Assembly: GCA_045658725.1 (NCBI GenBank)
Contig: JAZOVN010000283.1
Coordinates: 1-48,109 of the forward strand
From: Acutalibacteraceae bacterium
GTDB lineage: Bacteria > Bacillota > Clostridia > Oscillospirales > Acutalibacteraceae
Direction: 5' to 3'
DNA: 48,109 bases
The translations under genes and the position numbers were made by a program. Below are positions 9,611 to 17,513 of this stretch, one piece after another (position 1 is the first letter of the stretch; each line of letters starts with the position of its first letter). The notes under the pieces are model-generated. The model was not told where the DNA came from. It was given only the letters and a program-made list of their open reading frames with translations, and did no database searches.

Positions 9611-10789
9611 TTACACCTCCACGCTTTTTGCGATGCTGAGAAGCACGCTTTCTTTATATGAATCCGAAATAAGCTGAACACCCTTTGTTACCATTGCGGG
9701 AATGCCTGTGATTGAGGGGATTGCAGTGAAAAAGCTCTCGTCATAAACCTTTTCAAATGCATCCGAAACATCGTAGGGGGCATAAGCTGTCTGTGAGCAT
9801 ACGGGAGCAAGGATTGCATCATATTTTGCAAGGATATCCTTTACTTTGTCGCATACAACACGGCGGATGCGGAGCGATTTATCATAGCATTTTTCGTATT
9901 TTGCCTTTGCAAGAACATCCGAACCGTAGATGATTGTTGCCTTTGCAAGGAAGCCCATTGATTCCGAACGGCTCTTTACATAAAGCTCGTCAATATTTTT
10001 GTATTCGGGAGTTCTGTAGCCGTATTTAACACCGTCAAATCTTGAAAGATTGTTGGTGGTTTCTGCTGACATAAGAATCTGCCATGCTGTCTGTGCCTGA
10101 GAAGCAACATCAATTGAAACGGTTTCAACGGTTGCACCGATTTTCTTGAGGCTTTCTGCATATGCATCAATGTTTGCCTTTACTTCTGCACTTGCAGCGT
10201 CATAAAGCTCTTTTGCAATGCAGATTTTCATTGAAGCAACATCTTCGCTTGTTGAATATTCGTATTTTTCAGCAGGAAGGCTTGTGCCGTCTTTGCTGTC
10301 GTGACCTGCGATAACGGTGAGGATTTCCTTTGCATCCTCTGCATTTGCGGCGGTAACACCGATCTGCTCACCCGAGCATGCACAAGCGATAATGCCGTAG
10401 CGTGAAACGGTGCCGTAGGTGGGCTTGATGAAATCAACGCCCGAAACAGCTGCTGCACGGCGGGGAGTGCCGTTAAGGTCAACATTGAGAGCCGCTTTTA
10501 CTTTTCCCGAAGCAACAAGAGCCGCTGCTGCACCGACAAGCTTGCCGTTTTCGGTTTCGGGAGCAAAATATGATGTTTCACCGAGAAGGTCAAGACCGAA
10601 TTCGCCGACATTTGTTTTGCCTGCGATTTCATAGCCTGCTTTTTCAAGTCTTTCAACTGCTTCCGCACTGAAAAGGGGCTTGAAATTCTCAAGCATCTTT
10701 GAGCCTGCGGTTGCAGGAACATCTTTTATAAGAATTGTATCGTCTGCGGCGATTTTACCTGCCGCATTCATTTCGTTAATATAAATCAT
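9611..10789 (-). CDS. gatA: GatA homolog, truncated, with degenerate amidase catalytic motifs
   Basis: GSKMLENF, GKTN.GEF, KPTYGTVSRYG and NLSRFDGVKYGYR retained; lies between aspS-gatC and gatB; GGSSGGS and GSDTGGSIR motifs absent. Confidence 0.85.
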   Translation of the reverse strand: MIYINEMNAAGKIAADDTILIKDVPATAGSKMLENFKPLFSAEAVERLEKAGYEIAGKTNVGEFGLDLLGETSYFAPETENGKLVGAAAALVASGKVKAALNVDLNGTPRRAAAVSGVDFIKPTYGTVSRYGIIACACSGEQIGVTAANAEDAKEILTVIAGHDSKDGTSLPAEKYEYSTSEDVASMKICIAKELYDAASAEVKANIDAYAESLKKIGATVETVSIDVASQAQTAWQILMSAETTNNLSRFDGVKYGYRTPEYKNIDELYVKSRSESMGFLAKATIIYGSDVLAKAKYEKCYDKSLRIRRVVCDKVKDILAKYDAILAPVCSQTAYAPYDVSDAFEKVYDESFFTAIPSITGIPAMVTKGVQLISDSYKESVLLSIAKSVEV

Positions 10790-10800
10790 TTATCTGCACC

Positions 10801-12909
10801 TCACTTAACGAGTCTGGGAACCTGCCAGCTGTCTTCCGTGCTCTGGGGAGCACCTTCAAGCAGGTCTTTACGGGCAAAGGGCTGATTTCTGCCGTCGTTT
10901 CTGAGAACATTGGTCATGGGCATAACATAAACCATAGCTTCAACATCTGAAGTTTCGGTCTTTTCAAGCTCTGCTTCGTTTTTGCCCATCATATCAAGGA
11001 TTTTCTGCATCTTCTTCTTTTCGTCTGCATCAAAGCTGAGCTCGTTGACGCTTTCAAGCTCCTTGAGCCAGCCTTCCTTGGTCATTGTGCCGCCCTTAGC
11101 TGATTTAACAGTTGCGGCAAATGCGGAATTATCGCTTTCGCTGCCGCCGACCTCAACGCTGCCGCCCTTGCCTCTGATGCTGACATTAGCCTCAAAGAGC
11201 TGAAGTTCTGTAACTTCGCCGGGTGCGCCGAGCATCTGGTCCTGAGCTGTGCCGTCAAGCGGGAATGCGATAACATCGCGGATTGTTTCGGTGTCTGCAA
11301 GAAGCATGATGATTCTGTCAACACCGGGTGCCATACCTGCATGGGGAGGTGCACCGAACTGGAATGCATTATAGAGTGCGCTGAAGCGTCTTTCAACTTC
11401 GTCTTCGCTGTAGCCTGCAATTTCAAATGCCTTACGCATGATTTCGGGGCTGTGGTTTCTTACCGCACCCGAAGCAAGCTCAATGCCGTTACAAACAAGG
11501 TCATACTGATATGCAAGGATTTCGCAGGGATCCATATTCTCAAGAGCATCAAGACCGCCCTGAGGCATTGAGAACGGATTGTGTGTAAAAATAATCTTAT
11601 CTGTTGTTTCGTCACGCTCATACATGGGGAAGTCAACAACAAAGCAGAATTCGAATGAATCGTTTTTGATAAGCTCAAGCTCATTGCCGAGCCATGTGCG
11701 GATAACGCCTGCATTCTTATCTGCAACATCTGCAATGTTATCGCAGATGAAGAAGATTGTTTCGCCTTCCTTAACACCTGTAAGCTCAACAATTTCTTTC
11801 TTTTCTTCTTCGGTCATAACCTTGCTGATGGGGTCATCCTTGGAGCCGTAGTTTGCGGCATCAAGAAGAGTAATGTGTGCAAGACCTGCCATCTTTGCCT
11901 GCTTTGTTGCGAATGCAAGTGACTTGTCGAAGAACCATCTTTCGTTTTTGCAGGGAGCAAGAATTGCTCTTACGAATTTATTCATGAAGGGATTGTACTG
12001 AACCCTCTTGAACATATCGGTGAGATCGCAGATGATGAGGGGGTTGCGAAGGTCAGGCTTATCCGAGCCGTATTTTGCCATTGCCTCTGCATAAGGAATG
12101 CGGCGGAAGGGAGAAGCGGTTACCTTCTTATCGGAGAATGTTCTGAAAATATCGCTTACAACGCTTTCGCAGACTTCAAGAACCTCATCCTGAGTAGAGA
12201 ACGCCATTTCAAAGTCGAGCTGATAGAATTCACCGGGTGAACGGTCAGCACGGGCATCTTCGTCTCTGAAGCAGGGAGCAATCTGATAATATTTATCAAA
12301 GCCCGAAACCATGAGCAGCTGCTTGAACTGCTGAGGTGCCTGCGGAAGAGCATAGAACTTTCCGGGATGCTTTCTGCTGGGAACAAGGAAGTCTCGTGCA
12401 CCCTCGGGCGATGAAGCGGTGAGGATGGGAGTCTGGATATCAAGGAAGCCTCTTTCCTCCATGAGCTTTCTCATATGACCGATAACCTTTGAACGAAGAA
12501 GGATATTCTTGTGAAGGTCGGGATTTCTGAGATCAAGGAATCTGTGCTTGAGGCGGATATTTTCGTTTGTGTCGTTTGAGCCGATTTCAAAAGGAAGATC
12601 GCGGCTGCAGACACCGAGAACATCGAGCTTATCGCAGACAAGCTCAACAAGACCTGTTTCAATTTTGGGATTAACCGTGCTTTCGTCACGCTTTGTAACA
12701 ACGCCTGAAACAGAAATAACTGTTTCTTTGCTGATGCCCTTAACGAGATTTTCGTCGTGAACAACAACCTGGGTTACGCCTGTTTCGTCACGCAGGTCAA
12801 CGAAAAGAACGCCGCCGTGGTCACGGATAACATCAACCCAGCCTGCAAGTTCAACTCTCTGACCGATGTGGCTTTCTCTTATTTCGTTGCATCGATGAGT
12901 TCTGTACAT
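10801..12909 (-). CDS. aspS: Aspartate--tRNA ligase (likely non-discriminating) with C-terminal GatC-like domain
   Basis: MYRTHRC, RDHGG, PEGARDF, YALPQAPQQFKQLLM, CFRDEDARADR, GAPPHAGMAPGVDR; last 94 aa (10801-11085) GatC-like (NVLRND...LLEGAP...WQVPRLV). Confidence 0.93.
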   Translation of the reverse strand: MYRTHRCNEIRESHIGQRVELAGWVDVIRDHGGVLFVDLRDETGVTQVVVHDENLVKGISKETVISVSGVVTKRDESTVNPKIETGLVELVCDKLDVLGVCSRDLPFEIGSNDTNENIRLKHRFLDLRNPDLHKNILLRSKVIGHMRKLMEERGFLDIQTPILTASSPEGARDFLVPSRKHPGKFYALPQAPQQFKQLLMVSGFDKYYQIAPCFRDEDARADRSPGEFYQLDFEMAFSTQDEVLEVCESVVSDIFRTFSDKKVTASPFRRIPYAEAMAKYGSDKPDLRNPLIICDLTDMFKRVQYNPFMNKFVRAILAPCKNERWFFDKSLAFATKQAKMAGLAHITLLDAANYGSKDDPISKVMTEEEKKEIVELTGVKEGETIFFICDNIADVADKNAGVIRTWLGNELELIKNDSFEFCFVVDFPMYERDETTDKIIFTHNPFSMPQGGLDALENMDPCEILAYQYDLVCNGIELASGAVRNHSPEIMRKAFEIAGYSEDEVERRFSALYNAFQFGAPPHAGMAPGVDRIIMLLADTETIRDVIAFPLDGTAQDQMLGAPGEVTELQLFEANVSIRGKGGSVEVGGSESDNSAFAATVKSAKGGTMTKEGWLKELESVNELSFDADEKKKMQKILDMMGKNEAELEKTETSDVEAMVYVMPMTNVLRNDGRNQPFARKDLLEGAPQSTEDSWQVPRLVK

Positions 12910-12944
12910 TTTATCATACCTCCGTTTGGTGGTTAAGATTTATA

Positions 12945-13165
12945 AATAAAAAATCCCGGGAACTTCAATCAAGAAATTCCCGGGACGAGTAATTTAACCC
13001 GCGGTGCCACCCGTTTTGATATATCATCAATAATATATCCGCTTTTGATATTATGTTGTGGGGAACCGTTGAAGTGTTGCCGTGCTTACTACTCATCTGT
13101 AGTGCACTTTCAGCCCATGATGCACTCTCTCTTGCAGACTTTCCCAAAAAGACGGGTCTTCAAAC
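12945..13165 (-). ncRNA. T-box riboswitch leader of aspS-gatA-gatB
   Basis: T-box AAAACGGGTGGCACCGCG (13017-13000); antiterminator partner CGTCCC; terminator TCCCGGGAA...TTCCCGGGATTTTTT (12985-12948); stem I AGAGA and GCTGAAA motifs. Confidence 0.88.
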
Positions 13166-13168
13166 TGC

Positions 13169-13197
13169 ATTATAACAAATTGAAAAAGCCTTGTCAA
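13169..13197 (-). promoter_or_regulatory. Sigma-A promoter for the T-box/aspS operon
   Basis: Perfect TTGACA-17 bp-TATAAT on the minus strand. Confidence 0.85.
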
Positions 13198-13376
13198 TCG
13201 TTATTATTCAATAAATCCTGATTTTTTTGGCGTGGTTAATATGTGATTTTTTTACATTATAATGTTTTATCGGCAACTGTATACGGTTAATGACATTTTA
13301 TTCAATTGCTGTTTACAAATCGTTCTTATTATATTATAATAGCAGTTAACAGATTTTATGCATGGAGGGTATAATA

Positions 13377-14468
13377 ATGACAACCGAAAGAACCTATGTT
13401 CCGTTTAACGAATGGAAAGAAAAATCAAAGCAGACAGAATACACAGAGCCTACCCCTCTGCTTGCTCCCGACGGAACTCTTCTTGCAAAGGGCTGGGCAA
13501 GACGCAATGTTTTTGAATATAACCGTGACTATGTAAAATCGGGAATCATGAGCCGTAAGGAGTGGGATTTCTATCAGGTCTGCAACGGTAAGCTTATGGT
13601 TCAGGTCAACTTTGCAAATATCCATATCGGCGGATTTGTGGGTGCAAAGCTTGTTGACATTGAAAAGGGCGAAACTATTGTTGATACCGTTCAGTATTTC
13701 CTCGGCACAAACAAGCATGTTCCCCCTGCAAAGGGCGATGTTCCCAACAGATATAAAGATAAGGTCGGCAAGGCTGAATTTGATTTTGATACAAAAGAAA
13801 CCTCAAGAAGACTCTGGTACAAAATGGATTTCAAGGGAACTCCCGTTGAATGCGATTTTACCATGGATATCATGCCCGGTCTTGAAAACATAACAACCGT
13901 TCTTCCTTTTGATGAGAGCGATAAGAAATATTTCATGACCACAAAGCAGATGTGTATGCCCTGCGAGGGCACTTTCAGAATTGGCGGAGATACCTATGTT
14001 TTCTCAAAGGCTGATTCCTTCTGCACACTTGACTGGGGCAGAACCAACACCGTTCATAAAATGGTATGGTATTGGGGTGCAGGTTCAAAATTCGTCAAGG
14101 GTCCCGACGGAAAAGACCATCTCTTCGGCTTTGAAATCACATGGGCAATCGGCAACGAGTCAAACGCAACCGAAACCTGCCTTTTCTATGACGGAAAAGC
14201 ACATAAATTCGGTGCTGTTGATGTTGAAACCTTCCCGAAGCCCGATAAATATATGGAACCCTGGAAGTTTATTTCGGAAGACGGCCGATTCAATATGACG
14301 ATGAAGCCCTTCTATGATTATCACACCGACCTTGACCTCAAAGTGGGCAGAATGAATACACATCAGGTGCACGGAATCTGGAGCGGCGATGTTACTCTTG
14401 ATGACGGCACAAAGCTCGAAATCAGCGATATGTATGCTTTCTGCGAATATGTAGAAAACAGATGGTAA
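13377..14468 (+). CDS. DUF2804 family protein
   Basis: GWAR, KEWDFY, LDWGR, HQVHG motifs; start moved to 13377 because GGAGG precedes it. Confidence 0.7.
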   Translation: MTTERTYVPFNEWKEKSKQTEYTEPTPLLAPDGTLLAKGWARRNVFEYNRDYVKSGIMSRKEWDFYQVCNGKLMVQVNFANIHIGGFVGAKLVDIEKGETIVDTVQYFLGTNKHVPPAKGDVPNRYKDKVGKAEFDFDTKETSRRLWYKMDFKGTPVECDFTMDIMPGLENITTVLPFDESDKKYFMTTKQMCMPCEGTFRIGGDTYVFSKADSFCTLDWGRTNTVHKMVWYWGAGSKFVKGPDGKDHLFGFEITWAIGNESNATETCLFYDGKAHKFGAVDVETFPKPDKYMEPWKFISEDGRFNMTMKPFYDYHTDLDLKVGRMNTHQVHGIWSGDVTLDDGTKLEISDMYAFCEYVENRW

Positions 14469-14473
14469 TATAA

Positions 14474-16156
14474 ATGAAACACGATTTTACAAGTATCCCC
14501 GACCGAAGCCGTTTCGGTTCGTCAAAATGGGAAATCGCAAAGAACGCATCAACGGAATTTGTTCCTCTTTCGGTTGCGGATATGGAATTCCCTACCGCAA
14601 AACCGATAGTTGATGACATAAAAAAGCTTGCCGAAGAGGCAATTCTCGGCTACACCAATCCCACTCAGGAATATTATGATGCCGTTATCTCGTGGATGAA
14701 GCGCCGCCATGATTTTGAAATCAGAAAAGAGTGGCTTCTCCAGACACCCGGTATCATAAATGCTCTTTCAATGCTGATTGAAGCCGTGACCGCACCCGGC
14801 GACGGTGTTATCGTTATGCCTCCCGTTTATTATCCGTTTGATATGACGATAATTGCAACGGGAAGAAGGAGCGTTTTCTGCCCTCTGATTAACAAAGACG
14901 GCAGATACGAAATTGATTTTGATCTGCTTGAAGAAAAGGCAAAAGACAGCGGAAATACCGCCATTATTTTCTGCAATCCCCATAACCCCGTCGGAAGGGT
15001 GTGGAGCAGGGAAGAGCTTGAAAAAACAGCGGAAATCTGTTGCAGAAACAATGTTTTTATCATTGATGACGAAATCCATAACGATCTGATCATGCCCGGT
15101 TATGAGCATCCCGTTATGGCGAATGTCAGCGAAGAAGCAAAAAATAATATTGCGGTCTGCACCGCTCCGAGCAAAACCTTCAATCTTGCGGGTGTTCAGT
15201 GTTCCAATATTATTATTCCGAATGATGAAATCAGGGCAAAGGCGGTAATCCGCAACAAAATGAATATGCAGATGCACCTCAATGTTTTTGCATATACAAT
15301 ATGCACCTCGGCTTATAACAAGTGCGAGGACTGGCTTGAAGAGCTTATCGGTGTTCTTGCGGAAAATGCAAAATGCGTTGAGGATTTCATGGCGGAGAAT
15401 TTCCCCGAAATCAAGGTTTATCCGCTTGAAGGAACTTACCTTCAGTGGCTTGATGTGAGTGCTCTCGGCATGACACACCTTGAAGTGCGTGAAATGCTTG
15501 AGAATGCAAATATCTATCTCGATAACGGTGAGATGTTCGGTGAACTCGGCAGAGGATATCAGCGAATCAACCTTGCCTGTGCGAAGTCAACGCTCGAAAA
15601 AACGCTTGAACGCTTTAAGAATGCCGTTGAAAAAGCCAGAGCAAAGGAAAAGGAATACCACAAGGCTCTTGAAATCGCCGACAGCTTTGATGAAATCAAC
15701 TCGGAGAAGAAAACTCTTGTTGTTTTCGGCAGAAAAGCGGAATGCAAGCTGACCGAAGATATGCTTGATGAACTTAAAAAGAGATATACAGACCTTGCGG
15801 AAGCGGAAATTGATGTTAAATTCATCGTTCCGTCGGCAAAGCCCGAGGGCGATTATCCTTTTGAGATTATCGCAGACCCCGAAGCAAAGCTTTATGAAAA
15901 ATATAATGTTTTTGAGGCAGACAGTGCGGTTTATGCTGTTGCGGGCGACAGACTTTTTGAAGAAAAGGTCGGTTCCGACCAGGCGAAAATCATGGAATCG
16001 GGAGTTTTTGCTCCTGCGAATGAAAATGAATTCAGACCGCTTCAGCTTTTTGCTTTTGTCGGTATCGATGAAAACAAAAAGGTTGTTTATTCTTATTACT
16101 CAAAAACAATCGGTGATTTTCCCGATATTGACGGGATTATCAAAAAGTTAATATAA
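14474..16156 (+). CDS. patB: MalY/PatB-type PLP-dependent C-S lyase fused to a C-terminal AhpC/peroxiredoxin-like domain
   Basis: PLSVADMEF, FCNPHNPVGRVW, DEIH, PLP lysine APSKTFNLAG, EGTYLQWLD, RINLAC; extra 165 aa or so with VVFGRKAEC, FEIIADPEAKLY and IDENKKVVYSYY. Confidence 0.8.
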   Translation: MKHDFTSIPDRSRFGSSKWEIAKNASTEFVPLSVADMEFPTAKPIVDDIKKLAEEAILGYTNPTQEYYDAVISWMKRRHDFEIRKEWLLQTPGIINALSMLIEAVTAPGDGVIVMPPVYYPFDMTIIATGRRSVFCPLINKDGRYEIDFDLLEEKAKDSGNTAIIFCNPHNPVGRVWSREELEKTAEICCRNNVFIIDDEIHNDLIMPGYEHPVMANVSEEAKNNIAVCTAPSKTFNLAGVQCSNIIIPNDEIRAKAVIRNKMNMQMHLNVFAYTICTSAYNKCEDWLEELIGVLAENAKCVEDFMAENFPEIKVYPLEGTYLQWLDVSALGMTHLEVREMLENANIYLDNGEMFGELGRGYQRINLACAKSTLEKTLERFKNAVEKARAKEKEYHKALEIADSFDEINSEKKTLVVFGRKAECKLTEDMLDELKKRYTDLAEAEIDVKFIVPSAKPEGDYPFEIIADPEAKLYEKYNVFEADSAVYAVAGDRLFEEKVGSDQAKIMESGVFAPANENEFRPLQLFAFVGIDENKKVVYSYYSKTIGDFPDIDGIIKKLI

Positions 16157-16161
16157 TTATA

Positions 16162-16186
16162 AAGGCGGCTTGATTCAAGCCGCCTT
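16162..16186. terminator. Terminator-like hairpin, duplicated at 16429-16452
   Basis: AAGGCGGCTTGA-T-TCAAGCCGCCTT; near-copy AAGGCGGCTTTTTCAAGCCGCCTT on the other side of the insertion. Confidence 0.65.
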
Positions 16187-16189
16187 ACA

Positions 16190-16426
16190 GTTTGTCGAAA
16201 AAGTCAATATGAATCTGAAAAGTTGCTCAACAGAATTGCCTCCCCTTCAGGGGAGGTGGATTTTGCGAAGCAAAAGACGGAGGGGTTTATCGGTGGAAAT
16301 TTTTTACAAATCAATGGTTTCACGCAAAATCCGAAACTCCCTCAGTCACTCCGTGACAGCTCCCTCTTGAGGGAGCCGAAACAGCAAATTACAGTTTATA
16401 TACAAAAATCAGGTTTATCGACAGTC
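16190..16426. mobile_element. MITE-like element (about 237 bp), copy B: same ends as A/C, different interior
   Basis: Ends GTTTGTCGAAAAAGTC / TTTATCGACAGTC; interior palindromes CCTCCCCTTCAGGGGAGG, TTTTGCGAAGCAAAA, GCTCCCTCTTGAGGGAGC; flanked by the duplicated hairpin. Confidence 0.6.
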
Positions 16427-16450
16427 AAAAGGCGGCTTTTTCAAGCCGCC

Positions 16451-17380
16451 TTAAATCTTATAATAAATATCCGCAACCGTGAATGCAGAGCCGTGATAGC
16501 AGATATCGAGAGAAATATAAAAATATTTTCCGCTGAGTGTTTTTTCGGGGTATTTCCGAAGAATACCGTCGGCAAAAATCAGTTTTTCCTTGCTTGCCTG
16601 ATGTTCGTTGAGATAAAGATTCTGATTTTCGTAATTCTGAACAGCATAAATCCAGATATGATATTTTTCGGGAGTAGGGAATTCTGACAAATCAAGCTGA
16701 TTTATAAGGCTTATCAGGTCGCTCATCGGAATCCCTTCAACGGGATCGGTGTTTTTTCTCATTTCATTGACGGAGCAATATCGGCTTGAACTGTCGAAAA
16801 GGGTGTCTGCGTAAAAATTTCTGCCGTTTCTGCAGGTGCCGTCCAGATGAAAATCGTTTGTGTTTTTGTTTTCGTCAAGAAAAATCCATCCGTCGGAAAC
16901 AATCAGTTCACCGTCCGCCTTCGGGCGCTGCTTTATGTAGCCGTCAATGTTGTGAAGTATCGTCAGCAAATCGTTGCTGTAGCATTCAATTTCATTATAA
17001 ATAACTCCGGAAAAAACACCGCTTGCAAGCAACGCAACATAACTTGCGCAAATAACGGAAACCGTAAGGGCAATTGCGATAATTGCTCTGTATATTTTTT
17101 TGCTTCTGCGGTTTGTTTTTATCTGCTCAACAATCTGTTTTTCACTCGCTTCGGCGATACTTTCGGCAGGAATGCGTCTGCACTCAAGAAGCTCGCTTAT
17201 GCTGACATCAAGAGCCTGCGCAAGCTTTGTGAGAGTTTCGATATCGGGATAATTTTTTGCTGTTTCCCATCGGCTGACCGCCTTATCCGTAACATCAAGC
17301 ATCTGAGCAAGTTCTTTTTGAGTAAGATTCTTTTCCTTGCGCAGAGAGCAGATGAAATTTCCAAAATCGGTGAGGTTCAT
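16451..17380 (-). CDS. XRE-family HTH regulator with a transmembrane helix and unknown C-terminal domain
   Basis: LRKEKNLTQKELAQMLDVTDKAVSRWE; TM segment AIIAIALTVSVICASYVALLA. Confidence 0.8.
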   Translation of the reverse strand: MNLTDFGNFICSLRKEKNLTQKELAQMLDVTDKAVSRWETAKNYPDIETLTKLAQALDVSISELLECRRIPAESIAEASEKQIVEQIKTNRRSKKIYRAIIAIALTVSVICASYVALLASGVFSGVIYNEIECYSNDLLTILHNIDGYIKQRPKADGELIVSDGWIFLDENKNTNDFHLDGTCRNGRNFYADTLFDSSSRYCSVNEMRKNTDPVEGIPMSDLISLINQLDLSEFPTPEKYHIWIYAVQNYENQNLYLNEHQASKEKLIFADGILRKYPEKTLSGKYFYISLDICYHGSAFTVADIYYKI

Positions 17381-17513
17381 TTTATCGCTCCTTTCGCATT
17401 AATTATAAGATAAATTGCTCGGAAAGTCACTCTATAAAATATAGAATCGGTGTTGAATAATGGGTTTTTATAATGTATAATCAGATTGACATTATTATTT
17501 ACGGAGTAAATTT

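Noticed and set aside
10721-10729. IKD tripeptide in GatA as the catalytic Lys motif
   Set aside because: Register against the downstream TAGSKML anchor aligns this Lys with the non-catalytic TKG position; the catalytic position is Asp16.
13242-13256. Crp/Rex-like site TGTGA...TTACA
   Set aside because: Spacer is 5 bp, fitting neither consensus, in very AT-rich DNA.
14768-15478. Long antisense or alternate-frame ORFs (e.g. 532..1233, 14768..15478, 39464..40234, 41942..42652, 43267..43932)
   Set aside because: Almost entirely overlap well-supported genes and show no motifs; expected shadows of codon bias.
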